Below, piece by piece: positions 50,230 through 60,901 of a stretch of DNA of 64,000 nt; positions within the stretch are counted from its first letter, which is position 1; each line of letters starts with the position of its first letter. The translations under genes were made by a program, and so were the position numbers. The notes under the pieces are model-generated. The model was not told where the DNA came from and searched no databases. It worked only from the letters and a program-made list of their open reading frames with translations. Source of the stretch: Camelus dromedarius (lineage: Eukaryota). The DNA lies in NCBI RefSeq assembly GCF_036321535.1, contig NC_087437.1, forward strand, positions 108,812,001 through 108,876,000. The letters are read 5' to 3'.

Positions 50230-51070
50230 TCCTCTCCGGACCACCGACTCCGTGAACTGTGTTAGTCGGCTTCGCAGTCCCCAAAGCAGGTTCACCCGGT
50301 TCACCCTCATACTACCCTTCAGGTTGGTGAGCTTCATCAGCCCCGTTTTAAGGAAGGAGGGAAAGTGCACGAGAGGCCTTACTCCAGTCCGGCTAGGAAG
50401 TATGAAACGCAAACCCAGCAGCCTCGTCCCTCACCCGCCGCCTCTCTTCCGACCACCCTCTCCGGAGTGGATAAAGAACCGAAAGGCCCGCAGGCCTCCG
50501 CGGCCGAGCCCCCGCAAGAACACCTCCCTTTCTGGAATCTTCTCTCCTCCGACCGCTGTGCCGGGGGAGCACGCCCGGCCCGTTAGTAGGCCCTTCTCCT
50601 TCACTGCGGCCGCCCGCAGCCTTACGCCGACTCTCCCACCTCACTCCCCCTTCCTCCATTCCTTACCTTCGCTCCTTCCTTGAGCATCTGGGCAAAGCCC
50701 GGGGCCTTGGGGACGTGAAGCGCCATGGCCACTCTGCAAGGAGCCGTTCACGCGCCCGCTCGGAAGACGCCGCAGGAAGCGAGGGGCGCGCACAGCCTCC
50801 TGGGAACGTAGCGTACGGCGGCCTCACGCTCCTCCTCTCCAGCCGGGCCCGCCCCTTCCCCTAGCCGCCTGGTTTGAAGCATCGCGAGAAGTAGCAGTTC
50901 GCGCCGCCAGAACTGAATTGACGATCCTCGATCTGGTCAATCGATCGGGCGGGTAGCGGGGCTCGCCTTCCGTTTTCCGGCGAACGCGCGTCCAGGCTGT
51001 CCGGCCACAGTGGCTCGCTGCTGGTTATTCTCTTTTCTTGGACCCTGCGGTTGGGACGCTTGTTTTGCCA
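50230..51070 (-). promoter_or_regulatory. CpG-island promoter of CCT8
   Basis: CpG-rich; GC box CCCGCCCC at ~50848; ZNF143-like GCTACGTTCCCAG (minus, ~50800-50812); TCTCGCGA core (minus, 50882-50889). Confidence 0.8.
50667..50726 (-). CDS. CCT8: CCT8 exon 1 coding part (T-complex protein 1 subunit theta)
   Basis: GGCCATGG Kozak context; MALHVPKAPGFAQMLKEGAK; donor AAG|GTAAGG. Confidence 0.97.
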
Positions 51071-51647
51071 GTTCTGAACTGGAAGCTAAGCTTTCTAAGA
51101 TTAACTTGCGTGTAATCTTCCAGACCCACCCATATTATTAGGGCTGGTGTTTCCCTTCCCCCTTCTTCCCCAAGGCAGAGCAGTTGTCTCCACCCCCCTA
51201 AATCTGTAGGTGGGCTTCGGCTGTGACTTGGGCACTGTGGGGAGCGCTGGGGACTTGAAGGTGTTAATTAAAATCTGTAAGGGTCACTGCGTCCTGAGTG
51301 CTCATACGTGCCAGGCTCTGTTAATTGCTTTACGTGCGGTATTAGCTAATGGTCAGTCGTAACGAGTTAAATCTGATTGCTTCCAGTTGATAGAAAGGGA
51401 ATCCGGAATTTAAAAACGGTAATTTGTACAAGATCATAGCGCTAGCCATGTGAAAGCCAGGGTTCATACCAGATTAGGTATAATATAATACCTAATTATA
51501 TTACTATTTTCTGCTTTCTCTTGGACATACTAATCCCTTTTACTTTACCACAGATCTTTAAAACCTGACCTCTGTGTCTTCCCACATCAACATGTGGCTG
51601 ATTTCAAAGTGACTGAATGTTAGAATAATTTTAAGAATGATTTCACG

Positions 51648-51773
51648 CAGAGAGTGGTACTAGCTCAGTGGTTGAACGCATGCTTAACATGCACGAGGTC
51701 CTGGTTTCAGCCCCCACAGTACCTCCATTAAAAACAAACAAAATCATTCCTTAAAAAAAAAACAACAAAAAAA
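51648..51773 (+). mobile_element. tRNA-derived SINE (vic-1-like), more diverged copy
   Basis: TAGCTCAGTGGTTGAACGCATGCTTAACATGCACGAGGTCCTGG...CCTCCATTAAAAACAAAC, homologous to 4868-4996; imperfect flanking repeat AAGAAT(GA)TTTCAC. Confidence 0.8.
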
Positions 51774-53469
51774 GAATTTCACACTATGAAAGTAATCCAC
51801 TCTCTTTGTAGAAGGTAACATGAAACAAAAAGCAGAACGTTTGGCTTGACTTTTGTTCTTGGGTACTTGCAAATAACTTATTTTCCTTAAATTGGGACAG
51901 ATTTAATGTGCCTTAAGGAATAATCACATGTGTCAAGTGTATTAGTTATAACTTTTACAGTGAGCACTTAAAATACATAATTATTAAAATAAAAACTACT
52001 TTTTGCTACTTCAAATCAAATGGTATGTGAACTATTTGTTGGGAAACATTACAAGAGATCAGTGATTCTCAAAGTGTGGTCCAGGGACAACACAAGATCT
52101 CATGGATTAGCTAAGAAACAAGTAAAAATTCATCTAACTCAGCACTGCTTACAAATATAATCAACACAAAATAAAACTGAAAGGGATTAAAAATGAAACC
52201 AAATCTTGAATCATAGAAAATAACCTGAATATAAAACTATAGCTGAATCAAGTTTCCATGGAAAGTTTATAATAAACAAAAATTGATCTTAATTTTAGTA
52301 AATTAAAAAGGAAAGGATTGAAATCAAAATCTTTTTGGTAATTTATCAAGAATAACATTAATTTAAGTGCTAAGAAGATTGCTTTTTAGATGGAAATTCG
52401 TTGATTTTGTATTGTTTGGGTTAAACTGTGTATTCATAATTACAGAATCACAGCATCGTGGGCAACATTTCCAATGGATCCAAATAGTAGGTCAAGTATT
52501 CTTTGCCCAGAATAGAAAATAAGTGCAAGTCCTTACTGTGGCTTTGAGGCCTAGGTTCTGGTTCCTGCTTCTCTCACTGCATCTTTGCCCTCTTGGCCTT
52601 CCTCTCAGTCTTTTGGTCCCAGTAGCCTGAATAGTTCGTCCTGTCTTCTGCCTAAGGGTCTTAGCCTCTGCTGTTCTCTACCTAGAATGCTCTTTTGCCC
52701 CCTTTTGGCTGAGTTAGTTCTACTTTAGTAAACAGACACTTCGGCTATAAAAGCTTCAATGACTCCCAAAGTCATTCTCACAGCTTCTGTGCTTCTCCTT
52801 CAGAGCACTTAGCAGAGTTGTAATGATTAAAAAATTAGTTACCATTTTTCCCAGCTGGTAGGATTGCATGGAGTAGAGACTTAATGGATGGCTGAGAGCT
52901 TGCCCAGAGAAGAAGACCAAAGAATCGAGAGATGAGGTCTCTATTTGTCCCTTGCAGACATAGGTGCTGAGAACCAGAGAACAACACAAAGCAATCAAGA
53001 GGGTTTTCCCAGGAGTTTGCAAAAGGTCAAGGAGTCACACAGTTCGGTCCCTAGCATTCTCAATGCTCAAAGTGAAAGGGAGTGGGACCCTGTGGCTCTC
53101 ATCACCAACCCCTGCCTCTGGTTTATAGAAAAGCTGAAGTCTCCCAGGCCTCCCCGTGTCATAGAAGAGCAGGCTCAAGCAGTTGATTAGGACAAGCCTG
53201 CAGGCAGTGGGGGATGGCAACGACTCTGAACACCTATCTCAACCATTAACTGAGATTATTCTTTCAATGCCCCTTAAAACTTTCATGGCTGAAGAGAATT
53301 TTTGGAGATGGCTTTTTTGGAGGGGATGCTGGGTCCACCAGATGGCAGGCATTCTGGTTAAAAGCAGCTTTCCTTTTTGTTGCCCCCAGGCAACAAAGCT
53401 GTTGCCTCCAGGATCATACCCCTGCCCCTTCCTCAAATTGAAACAAATTACTCTTATCTAAGTCTCTGG

Positions 53470-53959
53470 AGGCAGTTGCAGAGAAGAAACAAGAACTGGT
53501 TAGAACTGACAGATGGCAGAGGATTTGACTTCAGTGCACGTGGAGCCTCAGTATACCCTTATTGTAATATATTAACATGCTGAATGACACAACCACCAGC
53601 TCCATGACAGTTGACGATTGCCATGACAACTGGGAAAGCCATACAAGGACTGAAGAACTCGAACAAAGGCTGACTGCTCCATCACACCAGGAAGGGGGAC
53701 ATGATGGCAGAAACCTCATATGAAAGTCCACGTGGCCTGACCTGGACCGGAGCTGTCCCTACCAGCCATTTTGGCTGACAGCCCCCTTCTTGAGCACCTT
53801 TTCCTCCCTCGGTTGCTTTTCTTTCCTCTCCCTGCTGAGCACTTTCCTTCCTTTTTCTCTTTTGAGAAATAAAAGCAATTTTTGCTCTCTTCTTCTGCCT
53901 TAGCTGTGAATTCTTTCCATCCAAGAGGCTTTGGTGGGCCTCCTAATTTCGGGGTCTCA
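53470..53959 (+). mobile_element. MER41-related LTR (older copy, 5' boundary unclear)
   Basis: attgtaatatattaacatgctgaatgacac..ccaccagctccatgacagttgac..tgccatgacaac resembles recalled MER41 core; AATAAA near 53867; shares motifs with 54335-54978. Confidence 0.55.
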
Positions 53960-54334
53960 CTAATGACTAACAATAGGAACTTTTTTGGCCTGATTAACTT
54001 CTCTGATAAATCAGATGAGATTTGTCTCCATGCATGTTTTGCCCTTTTCAGCACCTACTGTCTGCTTGGGTGCTGGGACAATATTTCTGTCATTTTGAGC
54101 TTTAATTTATTCTGTGAATCCCACAGCAGGAATAATCAAACACCTGGTCTGTTAAAGAACGGATGAAGACATTCTTCAAATTTCAAACCATCAAAAGACA
54201 GATTTATCTTCCTATGAGCCATTTCTGTGGGAACGTGTTGAGTGGTAAATTCCTCGCCAACTTCACTTGCATACGGAGGCTGCTCATTCTGAATGGGTAA
54301 CCCATGGGATAAACCTGGAGAGGTCACTTCCCTC

Positions 54335-54978
54335 TGAGACAGGAAGAGGGCAGAGCACAGCCATTCAAGTAATGCAATAGCAATTAACATCAAAATGGTG
54401 AAAGATTCAACCCTCAGTAGGCCTTGAGGCTCAAGATGATGGGAGATTTAACTTCCAGCAGATCTTGAGTTTCATTATACGCCCATTGTAATATATTAGC
54501 ATAGTGAATAACATGCTCACAGGCACTGTGGCAGTCCCAAGGCTAGCCACAAGAGGTCAGAGTGGGAAATGGTTAACTTCCTGGGAATCCCAGCCCCTTC
54601 TGCAAGCTACTTAGACTGGTCCTTTCACTTATTAGCATATGAAGCCACCAAGCCCATAAAAACTGGCAACACAGTCCCTCGTGGCAACCGCTCTCTCCCT
54701 CCCTCCCTCCCTTCGTTTGGAGACAGCCCACACCCTGTGTGTGGAGTGTGTACCTACTTTTACTCTAATCTGAGCACCCAACCCCCACAACTCATGGCCT
54801 TTCTCTTGCCTTTCAACATATCTCTCTGAATAAATCTACCTTTACTCAACTGTGCCTCGCTCTTGAATTCTTTCCTGCGTGAAGCCAAGGATCCACACTT
54901 GGCGGGGCATGTCCCAGGGGTTCAATTGAAGCCTGATACACGGCCCACCTAACGCCCCACATCTGTATTCCTGCATCA
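54335..54978 (+). mobile_element. Solo ERV1-type LTR, MER41-like (644 bp)
   Basis: TG at 54335, CA at 54977-54978, 4-bp TSD CCTC at 54331-54334 and 54979-54982; AATAAA at 54829-54834; attgtaatatattagcat core. Confidence 0.8.
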
Positions 54979-56019
54979 CCTCTACTCTGGGAGCAGTGGT
55001 AATCTGAGTTAGGTTCTTCGAGGTTGCAAGGAAAGGAAATGCTGAGATCATTTTAAAGGCTGTGGTTTATTAAGGATTACAAGAAAGTAAGAAATTGCAC
55101 AACTGTCCTAGAGCCAGATGACTTTTCATGTATACCGCTATAGGTTGGGTGCCTCTGAGTTATCATTTTCGTAGCTTAGTTTATCTCTGTTTCTATGGCT
55201 TCCACCAATGTGACAGCTGCTTCTTTTCACCTCTTTCAACTGCTTTTTCTTCTTCCTACACCTTGGCTTTGACTTGCTTCCTCTCAGTTTCCCCACCTCC
55301 CTCAGGTGGGTCTTTGTGTGTTTCATACTTAAACATCCCAAGAAAAAAATATCTGGTTGGTTCAATGTACTGCTGTCTACCAAAAAGCCCCCAGGTACTG
55401 CTGAATTGTCATCAAGGATACTACAAGCCTCTGTGGCTGCCTTGGCTGAAGCAAGGATTCCTCGTGCTCTTAATGGCGACCAGGGGGCCAGGATCATCTG
55501 TAACTTCAGTGTAAGGAATGCTTTGTGGCTGTTTTGTTCCCTGATGAGCCCATATTCAGAGTTTCGTAAGTAGTCCATTCCATCTGTCAAAGGCTATGCT
55601 GTAGTTAGTAGCTTCCTTAAAGTCTTTCTGGATCAAGGCAAAGTAAAAAAAAATAATAATAATAAAATAAAATAAAATAAAGTGTATAGTTCATCACTCC
55701 CTTTTTATTACCATTCTGAGAACGGAAATCTTGGACTGGATGAAAGTGATCATTTCCCCCTTACTTTAAAAGTTGGCTTAGGCTCCCCCCATGCCTATTA
55801 GTGCCCGACCATGACTGAGCTGGTTAGGTTATGGGGCAGAGAAAGGTGAAATGGAGTGAGATAGTGTGTTTAAATTCTATTAGTGATGCCTTAGATCACT
55901 AGAGATTGATGAAAGCTCTGTTGTATTAGGTGACTTGAGAGAGAAGTTTCCCTTCAGCTTTTGTGAATGGATTGTCCATAAACTAAAACTGTGTTTATCA
56001 GTCCCTCTTTTAGTAAAAT

Positions 56020-56590
56020 TAGAAGTTACTGCCATAGTTTCTCTGATAGATATGCTAGATTGGCACACTCGTGTGGCCCTGCATTGCAGAGGTCAGAGAG
56101 CCAAAACTGTACTTCCCAGGTTCCCTTGCAGTTATGATTCAGGATATAAATAAGTCTCCACCAATTAGAAACCTTCATGTGAGGGCTGGACGGCGATAGG
56201 GAGGCAAAGTCTATTTTCATGCTGCTTTGGTAGTTCTGCCAGCCAGCAGACCAGGAGAGGGTGCAGTGCTGGCTTTACTATTCCAGCAGGGACTCTATCA
56301 GAGGGACAGCTGTGGCGATGGCGACAGCTTCCTCATCCTGGCTTCTTGTTCTCTACATCACAGCTGCAGTGGTGGGTTCTTGATCTCAGGCTGTCCAGTG
56401 GTGATTCCTGATTCCCACCTTTCTGATCATATAAGGTGGGTCAGTTCTGTGACATCTGGGATTTATTCTTGGAGGCCCCATGGATTGCTTCTCCATCCAT
56501 GGTGGATTTTTGAAGTATCTGACTCCTTGTATAAAAGCACTTTCTGTTTATAATACCTGGAGTGGTTTCTGTTTCCCATGTGGGATGCTG
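56020..56590. mobile_element. Old ERVL-type LTR (LTR16/LTR33-like)
   Basis: aaactgtacttcccaggttcccttgcagtta...ccaccaattaga...tttctgtttataatacctggagtggtttctgtttcc. Confidence 0.5.
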
Positions 56591-57671
56591 ATGGAGACAA
56601 TTTCTGTTTATGAGTGTTAGGAAGCTAAAAACAGTCATGGCCTGGCTTGTGAGCTGACATAGGGGATGAAATTCAGAAGTCATTCAGGATCTTTCCAAAT
56701 CTAATTTTCATGCTTGATTTTTTAAAAAATTTGATTTTTAAAAATTAATTCTTTGTGGCTGGCCCAGAACTGAGAGTCAAAAGATTTTGCAATTAGCCTG
56801 ATGAGGAAGATTAAAGAAGCCCCAATATCAAGGAATGTGAGAGACTTCCCTGCCCCTTTCTTAAGTTTACAATTTGAGATACATTGCTTCTCTCTAGGAC
56901 ATGCAGAACACAAACAATTCTTTTCATAGTCTTACTGATTAAAAAGGTTGAGTATGTTACCTGGTGAAGATTTTCTGTTATTAAAATTGCTTACAGTCTG
57001 CTAGTAACTGGTCTTTCTAACTTTGTTGTAATGCACCATAGTACATCCCTCTCCTCCCCCTCCTTTTTGAAAAAAGATAAATTCTTTATTCTTTTTGAAT
57101 TATGGATTTATCAGATTGCTTTTAAAAAAAAAAATTTAGCCAGTTTCCCATGATAAATTGCAAGCCTGGATTTCTCAGGCCAACATTCTACACAAGGAGC
57201 AAGCTTTTGACAAGGTTATTCCACAGTAGTAAACCTTTCTGCATATCTTACGCAGAAATTGTTCAAGAATAAGATAAGATTGTTCACAGCTTTTATAGCC
57301 GTTTACTCAGCTTTTGGTTCTGTGAATAGGAAACAGTTGTAGGTTAAACTGTACAATATTGAACCCAGTCCTGATTCTTACATAGAATTTGCATCTTAAC
57401 ACTAGTGCAAAGATCTGGGTTTGGAAGAATTAATTAAATAATTATTTCACGATGAATACAATATGGATTTTTGACTACCCTCTTAGTTTTTATTTGTTTC
57501 TTAATATTCAGTATTACTTATTGACAAGCCAGTTGAATCCCTCCCTACTTCCACTGAGAGTAAAAGTAATAAGCATGATCTGCTAATAATATCAAGCTCT
57601 AGACATGATTTTATCAGCTTTTGGTTCTATTTTCTAATATTACATAAAAGATTAGCTTAAATTCAGCCACC

Positions 57672-58121
57672 ATAGCAGTTAGCAATTGCTGTACCATTTA
57701 GCAAAAAACAAACCACTCCAAAACTTAGTGGCTTAAAACAATAGGTACTTTTATTTCTCACAAGCCTAGGACTGATTGGACACTTTGGCCCATCTGGACC
57801 AGGCTTTGCTGTATTAAGCGGGGAACTGTCTATGTATCTGCCTGCAGTCTGCTGGTGGGTGGGCTGGGGGTTGGTAGGTTAGGAGGCCTCCACTGGGACC
57901 CTTCTCATCCTCCAGCAGATCACCTGGGCTGGTGCTCACGGAAATAAGGGTTCCAAGAAAGCGCACAGAAATGTGCAGGTACCTTGTCAAATTTACTACT
58001 GTCCAGTTGGCCAAAGTAGGTCACATGGCCAAGCCCAGAGTCAGTGAGGGAAGGCAGTATCAAAGAGTGTAGACACAGGAAGCTTGAAAGTTGAGGGCAA
58101 GAGTGCCGTCAATCTATCACA
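57672..58121. mobile_element. MLT1 (ERVL-MaLR) LTR
   Basis: caaaccactccaaaacttagtggcttaaaacaa...ggccaaagtaggtcacatggccaagcccagagtcagtg...aatctatcaca. Confidence 0.7.
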
Positions 58122-59266
58122 GCCACTCAACCCCAATCATCCTTTTTGCAAGAGTTTTCCAATATTGACTTGCTTTTGTATTCAACAATTCCACTCAGAA
58201 AATTATCTTAGGAAAATATGGGAACCAATATACATTGTAGGATTCCGTAGAAAGCAAAATTACTTAAATTAAATTTTTTCTTGGTATGTTACTGAGATTT
58301 GTTTTTTCCTTGAGCCACAGTGAATGACTGTTATTAACTGCATTGAAAAGATTCAGGCTAAAAATTAGCATGGTTGTTCTTTGTGTTGTAGAATTTGGGT
58401 GTCTTACTTTCCTGTTTATTTATATTCTGAGATAAATGCAGAACGTTTGGGAGGACATGATACTGGCACTTTCTAAAGGTATTTAGGGTTTGCCTTGATT
58501 AGTTCCTCAATTTTCTCTGCCTTATTCTCCTACACAGAATATCTGCACCCTGGGTTCTAGTTTGAGCATATAAATTTTAACCCTCTTTTATCCAGTTCTT
58601 ATCAAAATCCCAATTGCAAAAATTAAAGTTTGAGGGAAATTCCCTAAATGCCATGCAAGTTCATTTAGATAATACATTTTGCCCTCGGATCAAGCTAGAC
58701 CATCAGTGTTCCCGTTCTTTGGAAAACTGAGTTTGACAAAATGCACTTTGGTATCACATCATCCTCTTATAATAAGAGATAGTAAAGGAACAGCCAAATG
58801 TATGGGCTCTTATGTTTACTCGAGTCCTGTTTTTATGGATGTCAAAAATTTCATTACATGGTGTCCTTTTAATATGACCTGTGGGGAAAACTTATCATTC
58901 AACCGTTGTTGTTTGTTTTATGATCTCTATGAATCTTACAACTTTTTTTGTCTCTCTCTTAAATTACTAGAAACTTTAAGCCAATGGGTAGCCCAGATCT
59001 ACCACGTGTCTAGGATTATGGTGTGCCATTTCTGTCTCCTGCTCACTAGTTGGTTTTTATTCTTTTCTTTCTTGGTCTTTCTTATTTTGCCCAGATCATC
59101 TCAACTTAAAAAAATCTTTATTGATTTTACTTTTTTATTTGCCATGTCAAATCCTTTGTGGAATGAGGTGGGGTATAACTATATTTTTTTAAAGTGCTAG
59201 TTTACAGATTTACAGATAGTTTGAAGATGATTAAAGGAGTTAGAGGCCTTACTTCAGAATGACTTA

Positions 59267-59352
59267 TTTCCTTTCTTTCCTTCCTTCCTTCTTTCCTTCC
59301 TCTCTTTCTTTCTTTCCCTTTCTTTCTTTTTCTCCCTTTCTTTCTTTCTTTT
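59267..59352. repeat. (CTTT/CCTT)n pyrimidine microsatellite
   Basis: Read directly from the sequence. Confidence 0.9.
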
Positions 59353-60844
59353 CTAGTTGAGGAAGAGGATTTACAGTTTTTGCTAGAAACACAACCACAC
59401 TATAAGTAGCATAAAACCAAAGTATAAAACAAGCTTGAGACCTTCTTACATTACTGTGACTTGATCCCATTAAAAACAGTAAGTGGTACACACACTGATT
59501 GATTCATGTAAGATGGTCCCCAGTCTCCTTTACTTACTTAGTCCATGAGCTAGTTCTTATTTTCGTGGTTGGATTAGCAAGGATGCTTGATGGTTCAAAT
59601 GTTTATCAGCCATCGTCTTTCTCACTTGTCCTATTCTTAATGTTTTGGCTATTTTTATTACAAATAAAATACTAGGATTTGCATTCGGGTCAGTCATTAG
59701 TCTTAGGGGAATAAAATTAAGAAAGGATTTATGTGTCTATTTATGTCATGGTTGGCTAGAGCAGTTATGTCTTCCCTTTGCCGTCTGACCGAGCTGTTTT
59801 CTGTTCCTTGACAGATACTCTTCTGACTCTCTTCCCAGCTGCACCGCTGAGGTGCAAGTTAAATCACATCAGGAAACCTGATGAAGAAGGAGGGTAAGGG
59901 CTACCAAACCTTTCAAAAGATCTTTTTATCCCCCCTACATGGATTTTTGACAACTTAGGAAAATAGACTAGTAATAGTTAGAAATTAACTTCCTGAGATG
60001 AATAAAAAAATTTCTTTAGAAAGAAGAGATACGAGGCAATATGTGTAGAAAATGTAAAAATACGCAGTCATCTACCTCAAGATGACTCTCAAACTCTGCA
60101 AAAAATTGCAAAGGAAAAAGGAAAAAAAAAACTGACAAGGAAGAGACCTGTCTCCAAGCGCATGCGCTTCCTCCTCCTTTGAGCTACGGAAGGACTCTTC
60201 GGCCCGTACCTGGGGCCTTTGGACTGAGAATCATAAAATAATGCCGCTCAGTCCCATAAGCTTTGTTGTCTGGTCTCTCAGAGCAAATGAGGACAGCTGT
60301 GGGAAAGCACAAGATAGAAAAGTCAGACCTACTGATAAAAGCAAGAAGCAACAGATAATAGCCAGACAGACACACTTAAGAAGACTTGGAAACTAGAGAA
60401 ACATAGTTGGGGCTATCTGGGGAAGCCGCTGTATGTATTGCGTTTAGAGTGATCGCTGGCTATAAAGAAACAAAATTAGTAATGGTTCTTGAATCTTGTT
60501 TAGACAGTCATTGAATATATGAGATGCATTTAAATTCTACCAAAAATGATGGCAATTTTTGAAACATCTTTTGGTTCTTGATGGGGGAGCTTCACTTGAT
60601 GGGGGAGCAAAGCTATTTTCCTTGCTAATTCCTTCCCTTTTTCCTTGGAAAATTCATGTATAAAGGCAACCTCATTCTTCAGATATTGTATATGACTGAA
60701 AGGTTACTATATTTGGCATGAATCACATGTTAATGACATGGTTAGTGTGTTGTTTGAAGCAATGTTGTGATGGCTTTGATGCAGAATCATCACTCTTTAT
60801 CATTGTTTAAGACAACTCAGGTAGTTAAATGCAAGGTGACCCAG

Positions 60845-60901
60845 ACAGTTCAGATAACTGCACCTTTAGTAGCTATGAGGGAAGTGGTGGCAGATCTTAC
60901 C
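60845..60901 (+). other. MAP3K7CL: Sequence orthologous to the N-terminal coding segment of the human MAP3K7CL long isoform, lacking the ATG
   Basis: TVQITAPLVAMREVVADLT aligns to recalled human MVQLIAPLEVMWNEAADLK; followed by GT; expected syntenic position beyond the CCT8 promoter. Confidence 0.55.

Noticed and set aside
37400..50600. Intronic snoRNAs in CCT8 (some chaperonin genes host them)
   Set aside because: No convincing C/D or H/ACA structure seen by eye; an Infernal/Rfam scan would be needed to exclude them
50147..50683. 178-aa ORF antisense to CCT8 exon 1 and intron 1
   Set aside because: Pro/Arg/Ser-rich CpG-island ORF with no homology I recognise
51473..51496. Small inverted repeat ATTAGGTAT-N6-ATACCTAAT
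   Set aside because: A 9-bp AT-rich stem is expected by chance in 64 kb
55138..55590. 150-aa minus-strand ORF
   Set aside because: No recognisable protein similarity; sits among degenerate repeats
58679..59200. 173-aa ORF
   Set aside because: Non-ATG start, T-rich composition, no supporting splice or domain signal
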